Source: Eubacteriales bacterium (lineage in GTDB: Bacteria > Bacillota > Clostridia > Oscillospirales > QAKW01). Taken from it: DNA of 64,000 nucleotides. The stretch lies in NCBI GenBank assembly GCA_045546995.1, contig JAZQDW010000071.1, forward strand, positions 13,105-77,104, given 5' to 3'. The notes below the pieces were generated by a model. That model ran no database searches. It was not told where the DNA came from and saw only the letters and a list, made by a program, of their open reading frames with translations. The translations under genes and the position numbers were made by a program. This document shows positions 48,473-58,593 of the stretch, piece by piece. Position 1 is the first letter of the stretch. Each line of letters starts with the position of its first letter.

Positions 48473-49261
48473 TTAAATGGTATAAAACCGATTTTGATTG
48501 GTATCACGGTATTTTTTCGGCGTGGTGCCCAATTCTTTTTTGATGATGTAGTTGAAATATACCTGGCTGTCAAAGCCGCATTGCTCAGCGATCAGCCCCA
48601 ATGAAAGATCCGAATTGATCAGCAGATTTTTGGCCATGGCCAGTCGCATTTCCAATAAATAGCGGTGGGGCGTTTTTTGAATGATGTCTTTAAATACCAC
48701 GTGGAAAAAACTGGGGCTGAGATGAACGTAGGCGGCAATGTCCTCCAACGTGATGCGTTCACCGATATGTTCCTTCATAAATCGGATGGATTCGTATACC
48801 TGCCCGTTGTAAACGGTGTATTTGCCGCCGGTATCGGTGGCGGTGTGGCTGGCGGCGTACAGCAGAGAAATAAGCTCCGCCGTTTTGGCATAGGTATACA
48901 GCTTATAGCCGGTCTGTTTCTGCGCCATAGCGTCAAAAATTTCGTGAAACAGGCGATAAATCTCCTTGTTGTCGCTGCAGTGAATGACGGAGGGCAATTG
49001 GTCCAGATATTGGCATATTTCATCCTGCGCACAGCTGAATTTCAAATAATACGCGCTGAACTGCCCCAGAGAACGGCGTTGCTGTCCGGGACGGAAGATG
49101 CAAACGTGCCCTTCGGGATATACAAATTCCTCACCGTCCAACAGACCGGTGGCATTGGCGGAGGGATACAGCTCGATCTCATATTCAGACAGGATCCGCA
49201 AGGGACTGTGTTGTTTGAATTTCGGGGAAAAAAACACGCCGTAATGGTTGATGCTGAACAT
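48473..49261 (-). CDS. AraC family transcriptional regulator
   Basis: C-terminal HTH (LS.S.F...FK; CGFDSQ.YF; TPKKYR); AGGAGG RBS. Confidence 0.88.
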   Translation of the reverse strand: MFSINHYGVFFSPKFKQHSPLRILSEYEIELYPSANATGLLDGEEFVYPEGHVCIFRPGQQRRSLGQFSAYYLKFSCAQDEICQYLDQLPSVIHCSDNKEIYRLFHEIFDAMAQKQTGYKLYTYAKTAELISLLYAASHTATDTGGKYTVYNGQVYESIRFMKEHIGERITLEDIAAYVHLSPSFFHVVFKDIIQKTPHRYLLEMRLAMAKNLLINSDLSLGLIAEQCGFDSQVYFNYIIKKELGTTPKKYRDTNQNRFYTI

Positions 49262-49341
49262 ACGCTCCCTCCTTTCTATGGAACTATTATACAAACTTTT
49301 TTTCTGAAAAACAATGCCCATACTAAATTTTGTAAAATATA

Positions 49342-49390
49342 TTGACAAAACCGAACGATATGATATAATACGTTTGAACAATCATTCAAA
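49342..49390 (+). promoter_or_regulatory. Promoter plus ArsR/SmtB operator of the cad operon
   Basis: TTGACA...TGaTATAAT followed by the inverted repeat TTTGAACAATCATTCAAA. Confidence 0.75.
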
Positions 49391-49405
49391 TGTTGAGGTG
49401 AAACA

Positions 49406-49762
49406 ATGAAAGAGACGCTTCCCACCTGTGAATTTATGCACGCCCATGCCGACGTCGTTCGTCAGGTGCAGAATGCCTTGCCGGAGGAGGAACTGCTGTA
49501 CGATCTTGCCGAACTGTTAAAGGTTTTCGGCGATACTACCCGTATCAAGATTTTGTATGTTCTGTTTGAGGCGGAGATGTGCGTGTGCGACATTGCCGCA
49601 CTACTCAATATGACCGTGTCGGCTATTTCTCATCAATTGCGTGTGCTCAAGAGCGCGCGCTTGGTGCGGCATCGGCGGGAGGGGAAAACGGTCTTTTATG
49701 CTTTGGCAGATCAACACGTACGCACCATTCTCGCACAGGGAATGGATCACATTATGGAATAA
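49406..49762 (+). CDS. ArsR/SmtB (CadC-like) metalloregulator
   Basis: D.TRIKIL, EMCVCDIA, SAISHQLR.LK, D.H...H..E alpha5 site. Confidence 0.92.
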   Translation: MKETLPTCEFMHAHADVVRQVQNALPEEELLYDLAELLKVFGDTTRIKILYVLFEAEMCVCDIAALLNMTVSAISHQLRVLKSARLVRHRREGKTVFYALADQHVRTILAQGMDHIME

Positions 49763-49773
49763 GGAGTATGGTT

Positions 49774-49992
49774 ATGAGAAAAACGTTTATGATGGAAGAT
49801 TTGGATTGCGCGCATTGCGCCGCAAAAATGGAGGCGCAGATTCGTGCTCTGCCCGGTGTCAAGGAGGCGACCATCAGCTTTCTGGCGCAGAAAATGGTGA
49901 TCGAGGCGGAGGATGAGCGCTTTGACGCTATTGTAAAAGAGGCTGTGGCCATTTGCAAGAAGATCGAGCCGGATTGTAGTGTTGTATTATGA
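49774..49992 (+). CDS. Stand-alone heavy-metal-associated (HMA) domain protein
   Basis: LDCAHCAAKME motif. Confidence 0.88.
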   Translation: MRKTFMMEDLDCAHCAAKMEAQIRALPGVKEATISFLAQKMVIEAEDERFDAIVKEAVAICKKIEPDCSVVL

Positions 49993-51839
49993 AAATGACC
50001 AAAAAACAAAAGGGTGAGCTTCGGCAGATCATTTATTGTCTGCTGTTGTTCATTGCAACGGCGCTGGTGTGCAATTTTCTCAGCCTGCCCAACTGGGCGG
50101 TGATTGTGCTGTATCTGATTCCGTATTTGTTCAGCGGTCATCGTATCCTGCTGACGGCGGGTATCAATATTTTGCACGGACAGATTTTTGATGAAAAATT
50201 TTTGATGGCATTGGCTACGGTGGGCGCTCTGATCATCGGCGAATATCCCGAGGCCGTCTTTGTTATGCTGTTTTTCCGTGTGGGCGAATTGTTTGAAAAG
50301 GTGGCGGTGGGGAACAGCCGTCGCAGTATCGCTGCGCTGATGGATATCCGTCCCGATCGCGCCACCGCATTGCGTGATGGAGAGCCCGTAGTCCTTGATC
50401 CCCAAGAGGTTGCTGTGGGTGAAACGTTGATCGTCCGCCCGGGTGAGCGCATTCCGTTGGACGGTGTGATCATCGAGGGCGACTCCACATTGGATCGCTC
50501 GGCGTTGACGGGGGAGAGCGTGCCGGAGGAGGTAACCGTGGGGGACACCGTTGCCAGCGGTTGCATCAATTTAAGCGGTGTGTTGCAACTGCAGGTCAGC
50601 TGTGACTTTGCGGCCTCGACGGCTACCCGCATTTTGGAACTGGTGGAAAATTCCGCCCTGCGTAAGGCAAAAACCGAGGGACTGATCACCCGATTTGCCC
50701 GTTATTATACACCGGTCGTGGTGATCGTTGCCCTGCTGGTGGCGGTGTTGCCGTCATTGATTTGGGGAAATTGGAGTGATTGGTTGCATAAGGCGCTGGT
50801 CTTTTTGGTGGTCAGCTGTCCTTGCGCTCTGGTCATCAGCGTGCCGCTGACCTTTTTCGGCGGCATCGGCGGTGCCGGAAAACGGGGCATTCTGGTCAAG
50901 GGCGCCAACTATCTTGAATTACTGTCCGGGGTGGATCACGTCGTATTTGATAAGACGGGCACCCTGACCTACGGTGAGTTTACCGTTACAGCCATCCATC
51001 CTAAGGAACTGGACGAGCAGGTGTTGCTGGAAATGGCGGCGCTGTCCGAATGTCACAGCACCCACCCCATTGCCGCTTCGCTGATCCATGCCTACGGTAA
51101 ACGACCCGATCCCCACCGTGTGGAGCAGGTTATCGAAATTTCGGGGCAGGGCGTTTCTGCCGTGGTGGACGGTAAGGTGGTGCTGACCGGTAATCACAAA
51201 CTGATGGAGCAAAACCATATTGCCTATCACAATTGCCATAAAGTGGGCACCATCGTACACGTGGCGGTGGACGGCCTTTACGGCGGTCATATCGTGATTG
51301 CAGATAAGGTCAAGGAGGACGCCGCCGATACGGTTGCCCGACTGAAAAAGGCGGGCGTACACACCGTTATGCTGACCGGTGACCGTGCCTCGGTGGGTGA
51401 GGACGTGGCCGCAACGCTGGATATAGATGCGGTGCATTGTGAACTGCTACCCGAAGATAAGGTGACGGTCTTGGAGGCGCTGCTGAACGAGAACAAGGGC
51501 AAGGTCGCATTTGTCGGCGACGGCATCAATGATGCTCCGGCATTGGCCCGCGCTGACGTAGGGATCGCTATGGGCGGTCTTGGCAGTGATGCGGCTATCG
51601 AGGCGGCGGACGTGGTCCTGATGAATGACACCCCTGCCGACGTGATGACGGCCATTGCCGTTTCCCGTCGCACGAAGCGTATCGTATATCAAAATATCAT
51701 CTTTGCCCTGGGTATCAAGTTTGCCGTAATGGTGCTTGCGTTGCTTGGGTATGAAAATATGTGGCTGGCCAGCTTTGCTGACGTGGGCGTTTCCGTGTTG
51801 GCAATTCTTAACGCCACCCGCGCACTTAAGGTTAAATGA
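49989..51839 (+). CDS. cadA: Cd/Zn/Co-translocating P1B-type ATPase
   Basis: TGES, SCPC, DKTGT, HP, GDGINDAP. Confidence 0.93.
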   Translation: MKMTKKQKGELRQIIYCLLLFIATALVCNFLSLPNWAVIVLYLIPYLFSGHRILLTAGINILHGQIFDEKFLMALATVGALIIGEYPEAVFVMLFFRVGELFEKVAVGNSRRSIAALMDIRPDRATALRDGEPVVLDPQEVAVGETLIVRPGERIPLDGVIIEGDSTLDRSALTGESVPEEVTVGDTVASGCINLSGVLQLQVSCDFAASTATRILELVENSALRKAKTEGLITRFARYYTPVVVIVALLVAVLPSLIWGNWSDWLHKALVFLVVSCPCALVISVPLTFFGGIGGAGKRGILVKGANYLELLSGVDHVVFDKTGTLTYGEFTVTAIHPKELDEQVLLEMAALSECHSTHPIAASLIHAYGKRPDPHRVEQVIEISGQGVSAVVDGKVVLTGNHKLMEQNHIAYHNCHKVGTIVHVAVDGLYGGHIVIADKVKEDAADTVARLKKAGVHTVMLTGDRASVGEDVAATLDIDAVHCELLPEDKVTVLEALLNENKGKVAFVGDGINDAPALARADVGIAMGGLGSDAAIEAADVVLMNDTPADVMTAIAVSRRTKRIVYQNIIFALGIKFAVMVLALLGYENMWLASFADVGVSVLAILNATRALKVK

Positions 51840-51963
51840 CAAAAAGGTCGTACTTTTGTACGACCTTTTTCTTGCATTTTTGTGCTTTTCAATGTACAAT
51901 GAAAACAGTCGGGTCACAGCGGCGCGTCGTGACCGAAGAATACAGCATGAAAGAGGTTATATT

Positions 51964-54171
51964 ATGATTTGCTATAACGAAGAAAAGAAAACGTTTTCAT
52001 TACATACCGCACATACCACCTATCAGATCAAAATATCCGAATACGGCCACGTACTGCATAACTATTACGGCCGTCGTATTATAGACGAGGACGTTTCTTA
52101 TCTTGTGCCTCGCCGTAGCCGTTCTTTTTCCAACGTGCCTCGCTGTTGCGAGCCGAAGGCTAATTATTCTCTGGAAAATCTCCCGCAGGAGTTTTCATCA
52201 GACGGCGTGGGGGACTATCGTGTCGGCTCGGTGGAGATCGTCAATCCCGATGGCTCGTACGCCTTTGAGGGCAAATACTTTGGCCATAAGATTTATGACG
52301 GCAAGTACAAATTGCCGGGCCTTCCCGGTTTGCGCGCCATTGAAGGGGAAAACACCCAAAGTCTGGAGATCTGTCTTAATGACCCGATCACTCAGGTCAG
52401 CGTGACCCTGTATTATGCTGTTTTTGAGGAAAAGGATATCATCACCCGCGCGGTCAGCGTAACGGCCGGTGGGGAACAGCCGGTGCATCTGCGCCGCTTG
52501 ATGTCGGCCACGCTGGACTTTTTGCGGGACGATCTGGAGGTGATCCATTTCTGGGGTCACCACAATACCGAGCGGAATATGGAGCGAAAAGAGATCCCAC
52601 ACGGTACCCTGCGCTTTGAGTCCTGGCGCGGTGAGACCTCCTTGTATGAAAATAACTCGCTGGTGGTTTGCGCCAAAAATGCGGATGAGGATCACGGTGA
52701 TTGCTACGGTCTGTCCTTTATGTACAGCGGCAACTTCCTTTTTGAGGCGGAAAAATCCACCTATAACGATACCCGTGTCGTATTGGGTCTGCATCCCCGT
52801 CAGTTTGATTGGGCGTTGCAGGACGACCATTGCTTTTACGCTCCCGAGGTAGTTCTGTCTTACAGCGATCAGGGCTTGAGCAAGCTCAGCCATCACTATC
52901 ACGATGCCTACCGTGAAAACCTTTGCCCCAGCAAATATATGAAACAGCCCCGCCCCGTGCTGGTCAACAACTGGGAGGCCACACACATGGAATTTGACGG
53001 GGATAAGATCGTGGATATCGGCCGCGAAGCTGTAAAAATGGGCGTTGATCTGCTGGTACTGGACGACGGCTGGTTTGGCAAACGCGACAATGATAGGAGC
53101 GGCCTGGGCGACTGGTTTGTCAACGAGAAAAAGCTGGGCGGTACGCTGAACGATCTGGTGCGCCGTGTAAATGAATTGGGGCTGAAATTCGGCCTGTGGT
53201 TCGAACCGGAAATGATCAGCGAGGACAGCGACCTGTACCGCGCGCACCCCGAATGGGCCATTGCCATTCCCGGCCGTGATCCCAAATTGGGACGGCATCA
53301 GCTGGTGCTTGATTTCTCGCGGGAGGACGTGCAGGATTATATTATCCGTACCGTCAATGCCGTGCTGGACAGTGGCAATATCGAATACGTAAAATGGGAC
53401 TTCAACCGTGTGCTGACCGACGTTTATTCCGCCGCGCTGCCGGCAGAACGGCAGGGTGAGGTGTACCATCGCTTCGTGCTGGGTCTGTACCGCGTAATGG
53501 ATCATATTATGTGGGCTCATCCCGATATTTTGTTTGAAGGATGCTCGGGCGGCGGTGGCCGTTTTGATGCGGCGATGCTGTACTATCAGCCTCAGATCTG
53601 GACCTCGGATAATACCGACGCCATCGACCGTCTCTTTATCCAGTACGGTACCTCGTTCTTCTATCCCATTTCTGCGATGGGCGCTCACGTTTCCGTCTCT
53701 CCCAATATCCGCACCAAACGTTCCACCTCCTTCCATACCCGCAGTGTGGTGGCAATGAGCGGCACCTTCGGCTATGAGCTGGATACCACCCATATGAGTG
53801 AGGAGGACAAGGCGTTCTGTAAAGAACAAAGTGACCTGTATCGCAAATATCAGCCGCTGATTTACGGCGGTGATTATTACCGAGTCAGCGGCCCCTTTGA
53901 CGAATTACTGGTCACCTCATGGAACTTTGTTTCCAAGGATAAACGGCAGGCGCTGGCCAATGCAGTGCTGATGATGCCTTCGATGCACGATATACAGATC
54001 TACGTGAAGGTCAAGGGTCTTGACCCCGACCGACTGTATCGCATTGAAGGAGAAGAGGCGCCGGAGGAGCCTCTGTCCGGCGCCGTGCTGGAGCGTTGCG
54101 GCATTCCCGTGGCTTGCACCCGTACCCCCGAATACACAGCGTTTCAGTTCTATCTGACTGCCGTGGAATGA
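51964..54171 (+). CDS. GH36 alpha-galactosidase
   Basis: NNWEAT, LDDGWFG.R, FGLW.EPEM, YVKWDFNR, CSGGGGRFD, W.SDNTD. Confidence 0.95.
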   Translation: MICYNEEKKTFSLHTAHTTYQIKISEYGHVLHNYYGRRIIDEDVSYLVPRRSRSFSNVPRCCEPKANYSLENLPQEFSSDGVGDYRVGSVEIVNPDGSYAFEGKYFGHKIYDGKYKLPGLPGLRAIEGENTQSLEICLNDPITQVSVTLYYAVFEEKDIITRAVSVTAGGEQPVHLRRLMSATLDFLRDDLEVIHFWGHHNTERNMERKEIPHGTLRFESWRGETSLYENNSLVVCAKNADEDHGDCYGLSFMYSGNFLFEAEKSTYNDTRVVLGLHPRQFDWALQDDHCFYAPEVVLSYSDQGLSKLSHHYHDAYRENLCPSKYMKQPRPVLVNNWEATHMEFDGDKIVDIGREAVKMGVDLLVLDDGWFGKRDNDRSGLGDWFVNEKKLGGTLNDLVRRVNELGLKFGLWFEPEMISEDSDLYRAHPEWAIAIPGRDPKLGRHQLVLDFSREDVQDYIIRTVNAVLDSGNIEYVKWDFNRVLTDVYSAALPAERQGEVYHRFVLGLYRVMDHIMWAHPDILFEGCSGGGGRFDAAMLYYQPQIWTSDNTDAIDRLFIQYGTSFFYPISAMGAHVSVSPNIRTKRSTSFHTRSVVAMSGTFGYELDTTHMSEEDKAFCKEQSDLYRKYQPLIYGGDYYRVSGPFDELLVTSWNFVSKDKRQALANAVLMMPSMHDIQIYVKVKGLDPDRLYRIEGEEAPEEPLSGAVLERCGIPVACTRTPEYTAFQFYLTAVE

Positions 54172-54359
54172 TCTTTTTTAAAATCCTCGCAAAACGTCGG
54201 TTTTGCGAGGATTTTTTGCTGTATTGCGCCCTTTGCAATATCCTTGTATGTCTTTTTACAAAAATATTTTCAATTTCGAAAATTATTTGTTGCTTTTTTA
54301 TTAATTATAATATATAATAATTCTGTAACAATATGAACTCGTGGAAGGAGTACAGTATT

Positions 54360-55628
54360 ATGAGAAGAAATCGCAAACTCTTGGCACTGTGCCTCATCGC
54401 CGTTATGATGGTTTCTCTGCTGTCCGCTTGCGCCGGCAGAACCTACAATGACGCAAAATATACCGGCGAATTGGTCAACATTAACAGGTTATATGAGGAT
54501 GCCACTGATCAGAAGATCGTTAGCAACAACACGATCTATATTGAAGGTGAGGTCATTGAGACTCCCGGTACCAATACCGAGACTCCCGGTACTAATACTG
54601 AGACGCCCGGTACTAATACTGAGACGCCCGGTACCAACACCGAGACGCCCGGTACCAATACCGAGACTCCCGGTACTAATACTGAGACGCCCGGCACCAA
54701 CACCGAGACGCCCGGTACGAATGAAGAGCCCGGCACCAACACCGAGACGCCCGGTACGAATGAAGAGCCCGGTGATGATGACTATGTAGATTACAACACC
54801 ACTTGTATGTCCTTCAACGTTCTGCAGTGGGATACTCACTACAGCGGTTATGCCACTCCCGACGTCCGCGCACCCTGGATCGTTGATACCATCAACATTT
54901 ACGATCCCGATCTGCTGGGCACCCAGGAGGTAACTAAGGTTACGGCGCAGACCAACAACTTTGATATGTACGAGTATCTGGTGGAAAAGCTCAGTCCCAA
55001 GTACGATTACCGTTCTCTGATCGATGAGACCGGTAAGGCCGGCTCCAAGGTTGCGGTCACCAACCTGACCATCGGTTCCGGTCTGGTCATCTTCTGGAAG
55101 AAGGACCGCTTTGAACTGAAGGACAGCGGCGCAATGGTTTATTCCAACGACCCCGGTCGTCACTTCCAGTGGGTTAAGCTCTATGATAAGCAAGAGGACA
55201 TTACCATCGTTATGACCAACACCCATATGTCCATCAACCCCGGTACCGACTCTGCCGCCGGTGATAACCTCCGTTTGGGTCAGGCCAACGAGTTGTACAA
55301 TTTCTGGGAAAGAAACTGTGAAGAGGGTATGGCTTTATATGGTACCGGCGACTATAACCATAATACCAGCGCTCCTGCCTTCCAGTCGTTGAATAAGGGT
55401 AGATTTGTTTCTTCCCGTGACGTTTCCGGTAAATCCAATGCAAACTCCTCCATCGACTTTGTATATATTAACGGTGATGTGCAGGCTTGCTTCCAGTACA
55501 TCAGATGTAACGAAACCTACGAGCCTGAAGGTGTGCCGAAGGGTGACGTTGATAAACGTAATCTCCAGTATTGCCCCAGCGACCACTATGCGGTCGTAGC
55601 TCGTTGCACAAACGAATACCTTTCCTAA
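54360..55628 (+). CDS. Lipoprotein with PT-rich repeat stalk and endonuclease/exonuclease/phosphatase (EEP) domain
   Basis: Lipobox LSAC; SFNV, GTQE, NTH, GDYN, IDF, SDHY EEP motifs. Confidence 0.88.
   Translation: MRRNRKLLALCLIAVMMVSLLSACAGRTYNDAKYTGELVNINRLYEDATDQKIVSNNTIYIEGEVIETPGTNTETPGTNTETPGTNTETPGTNTETPGTNTETPGTNTETPGTNTETPGTNEEPGTNTETPGTNEEPGDDDYVDYNTTCMSFNVLQWDTHYSGYATPDVRAPWIVDTINIYDPDLLGTQEVTKVTAQTNNFDMYEYLVEKLSPKYDYRSLIDETGKAGSKVAVTNLTIGSGLVIFWKKDRFELKDSGAMVYSNDPGRHFQWVKLYDKQEDITIVMTNTHMSINPGTDSAAGDNLRLGQANELYNFWERNCEEGMALYGTGDYNHNTSAPAFQSLNKGRFVSSRDVSGKSNANSSIDFVYINGDVQACFQYIRCNETYEPEGVPKGDVDKRNLQYCPSDHYAVVARCTNEYLS
54558..54773 (+). repeat. 21-bp coding tandem repeat (ETPGTNT, about 9 copies with 18-bp EEPGTN variants)
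   Basis: GAGAC(T/G)CCCGG(T/C)AC(C/T)AA(T/C)AC(C/T) units. Confidence 0.95.
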
Positions 55629-55637
55629 ACCGAATTT

Positions 55638-55673
55638 AAACAGCGAAGAACATTTCGTTCTTCGCTGTTTTTT
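55638..55673 (+). terminator. Intrinsic terminator
   Basis: AAACAGCGAAGAAC-loop-GTTCTTCGCTGTTTTTT. Confidence 0.85.
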
Positions 55674-55691
55674 GTATAGGGCAGACAGGGA

Positions 55692-55720
55692 TTGACCTTT
55701 ATAAACGTTTCCTATATAAT
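55692..55720 (+). promoter_or_regulatory. Orphan sigma-A-like promoter facing a structured element
   Basis: TTGACC-17bp-TATAAT; no same-strand gene downstream. Confidence 0.55.
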
Positions 55721-55736
55721 ATAAGTAGTTTTTTAT

Positions 55737-56011
55737 TAAGCAGTGGAGGAGCATCTGAACCCGCCTGAAAGCGCATAATTTCGGCGCTTTCAGGCTTATC
55801 GTCGTCGGCAGGCGTCAGCCTTGCCTCCTCCTCTGCACCAAAAATCTCTTAAAATTCTGCGCTTTCGGGTCGCAGAATTTTGCCGGAGCCGATTTTTGCA
55901 TCGGCAAGGCATAAAACGCAGCCAATACTTTGTGTATTGGCGAGTATTTTAACACAGCTGAGGTGAAAATCGTCCCGTCAAAATCGGGTTCGGATACTCC
56001 TCCGCTGCTTA
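55737..56011. mobile_element. MITE-like palindromic element or structured ncRNA, 275 bp
   Basis: 27-bp terminal inverted repeats (24/27) beginning and ending in TA; internal hairpins. Confidence 0.65.
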
Positions 56012-57625
56012 GTTGATTTTATACAGTTCAGGTCGATCGTTTTCAACCCGATTATCCTGCAGGATCAGTTCTTTTACACCGCCCGCCTTAACGGCGTACC
56101 GTGTAATATTTTTAAAGATATTGCCGATGATCTCGATCCGCCCGTGGATCTTGGGCGCCTCCTCGTCCGGCACACCGTCCACACCGATGCGCAAAAAGGC
56201 GCTGCCGCCGCGACCGTTACAGTTGTCAAGCTCATTGTTTCTATATACCAAATGCTTCACTCGTCCCGATTCGTACCAATATCTGGCCAGATCCATACAC
56301 AGCAGGGCGGTATTACAATCGGCAAATCGATTGTGCTCCACCAGCATTTCACCGCCGCCGGAAATACGGATGTTGGGATAGTTGTAAAAATGGTTGTGAT
56401 GCAGATGCAGATCAGGCATACGGTCCGGATTTTCGATCCAAAAGTCCGCTGTGATCTTGTCGGACCCATAGGTAAAACGGCCGCAGATCTCGATCTCGGT
56501 GCCACTCAAAAGACGGCTGTCCTCCACCACAAATTCCGCCACGATCTCAAAGGTATTGTTATCAATGATCTCCAAGCGGTCGCCCGGTCGGTAAGGGTTA
56601 AAATGCCGCTGCTCCTGATGGCAGATTTTACTAAACAGCACTCCTTCCCCGACCCGGGTGACGGCAGTATACATTCCGTGCACGTTGAGCGCATCGTCCA
56701 TGGTGTCCGAGATGGTACAGTTTTTAATTTCCAGTTTGCCGTCGCAGTTGATAAAATGCAACGAATCCGCCGTCAACGTCTGATAGCCGTCGGGGTGGAA
56801 ACTGACGTCGGTGGAAAAGCCGTCCACGACGATATCGGTGGAAAGCTGTCCCACCACACCCATACCGATGCCACGGCCCACCGTGATATTTTGCACCAAT
56901 ACGTTTTCCGACCGATCCAGACAGATGACGTCCACCAGTCGTTTGCCGTCGATGATGGAGGTGATCTTCTCCCCCTCCTCATAGCGACAGGGGTCGGGGC
57001 AGTCGGCACGATAGGCGGCGTGGATACCGCCGGGGATCTCCGTAACGTCACATTTCATCAGACGGGCGGGCAGATTGCTCAAATCCGCCTGACAGTCACC
57101 GGTGGCAAAAAACTGCACAGCGTGCTTGCCCAGGGCGTGGAGCGAGAAAAACTCGTTTTTTCCCGATACGATCTGGTTTTCCCGTCGGAACATCAGACTG
57201 CCATCCTCTGCAAAGAAAGGATTGACCGCCCCATCGATGAGCAGATCAAAGCCGTCCTCGCTTTTATTACAAACTACAAATTCCACCAGCGGAGAAACGC
57301 CGGTATCACAAACGATATTGCGCAATACGATATTCTTACTGCGGGAGACCATAAAGGGAAACACCACGTCGTGAAACACAAATACCGATCCGTGCCCGTC
57401 CACCGTGATATTTTCCATCTCCAGAATGGGAAATGCCATCGCTTTATCGCAGGCGGAATTGTTGCTGACCGCCATAAACTCCCGACGGGTGCCTTCCTCA
57501 TAAAAATGATATTCGCCCGTTTCAAACGCCAGCGTTCCGCCGCCGCTTTGACACAGTTGCTCCAACGCGCGCACCACCAGGGGGGTGGCGTTTTCCTTTG
57601 TGGGCCTTACAACGATTTTTTTCAT
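56009..57625 (-). CDS. Right-handed beta-helix glycosidase, GH110 alpha-1,3-galactosidase-like
   Basis: F..GEYHF, N.T.DG.GS, AD..HF..C.G, DDALNVHG, W.ESG.V motifs; no signal peptide. Confidence 0.8.
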   Translation of the reverse strand: MKKIVVRPTKENATPLVVRALEQLCQSGGGTLAFETGEYHFYEEGTRREFMAVSNNSACDKAMAFPILEMENITVDGHGSVFVFHDVVFPFMVSRSKNIVLRNIVCDTGVSPLVEFVVCNKSEDGFDLLIDGAVNPFFAEDGSLMFRRENQIVSGKNEFFSLHALGKHAVQFFATGDCQADLSNLPARLMKCDVTEIPGGIHAAYRADCPDPCRYEEGEKITSIIDGKRLVDVICLDRSENVLVQNITVGRGIGMGVVGQLSTDIVVDGFSTDVSFHPDGYQTLTADSLHFINCDGKLEIKNCTISDTMDDALNVHGMYTAVTRVGEGVLFSKICHQEQRHFNPYRPGDRLEIIDNNTFEIVAEFVVEDSRLLSGTEIEICGRFTYGSDKITADFWIENPDRMPDLHLHHNHFYNYPNIRISGGGEMLVEHNRFADCNTALLCMDLARYWYESGRVKHLVYRNNELDNCNGRGGSAFLRIGVDGVPDEEAPKIHGRIEIIGNIFKNITRYAVKAGGVKELILQDNRVENDRPELYKIN

Positions 57626-57717
57626 ACTTTTCCTCCCTCTTGACTTGCTTTCATTATACGGTCGCCGCGCCTGCAAAGATAGCCATTATCGTCCGCAAAG
57701 CGGTAAATTCGTCCGTA

Positions 57718-58593
57718 TCACTCCATTCCCTCAAAATTGGAACGCACCGAATAGGCATATTCGGTGGGGGTCATGCCCGACACCCGACGGAATACCGTGG
57801 TAAAATACTGTGACGTGTTAAAGGACAACCGATCGGCAATTTCAGTGCAGTTCATCTCCCCCGAACGGATCATTTCCTTGGCGGCGTCCACCTTCAGGCG
57901 GGTAAAATACTCCATCACGCCGCAGTCCATATGATCTCGAAAGGTCTTTTTGATCACCGAGGCGGAAACGTTAAAATGAGCCTTGATATCCGCAAACCGC
58001 AACGCCTCCTCCACGTGCTTTTCCAGATATTCGCAAATACGGATGAGCAGGGTGTTGTTTTCCGGCTTTTGGGGCGGTAGGGTGCGTCGATTGCCGCGGA
58101 TGAGAAAAATCAGCAACTGCTCCAGATACAGCCGAATCAGCTGTTCACAGCCAAAGGGGCCGTTGCCGGACAGCCGCATCTCCCGCGTATAGGCCAGCCC
58201 CAGCGGCGTGCTGAAGGCCGCGCCGGCCTCCTTGATGATGGCGGCCAGCAGATGCTTTTCCTCCGGACGGGCGGCAATAACCACCCCGGCAATATTCATC
58301 AGCTCCGGGCAGGCGCAATCGAAGGATACGATAACCGAATTGGCCGCCTTGACGCCGTCACAACGGATATTGTGAAATTCGTTGGGTCGATGCACGTACA
58401 GATGCCCCATCGGCAACAAGATCTCCTCTGCGCCGGCGGTAATGAGAATGCTTTGCTTGTCGGCATACACGATCTCCCAAAAATCGTGGATCTCCCCCGA
58501 ATAGGCAAAATCCTTGGTATATTCGAAATAGTGTACCGAGTATACACCGTCGATCTGCAGTTCGTTATGCAGCAAGGTTTTTCGATAATCCAT
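57718..58593 (-). CDS. AraC family transcriptional regulator
   Basis: HYFEY...GE.HDFWE.VY.D cupin; C-terminal HTH with YFT.VF....GMTP.EY. Confidence 0.9.
   Translation of the reverse strand: MDYRKTLLHNELQIDGVYSVHYFEYTKDFAYSGEIHDFWEIVYADKQSILITAGAEEILLPMGHLYVHRPNEFHNIRCDGVKAANSVIVSFDCACPELMNIAGVVIAARPEEKHLLAAIIKEAGAAFSTPLGLAYTREMRLSGNGPFGCEQLIRLYLEQLLIFLIRGNRRTLPPQKPENNTLLIRICEYLEKHVEEALRFADIKAHFNVSASVIKKTFRDHMDCGVMEYFTRLKVDAAKEMIRSGEMNCTEIADRLSFNTSQYFTTVFRRVSGMTPTEYAYSVRSNFEGME

Noticed and set aside
49774-51839. HMA domain split from cadA as a frameshift pseudogene
   Set aside because: The HMA ORF has its own RBS and ATGA coupling to cadA; a stand-alone HMA gene before cadA is a common Clostridial arrangement.
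54558-54773. Regular repeats as a CRISPR array
   Set aside because: They are contiguous in-frame coding repeats without unique spacers.
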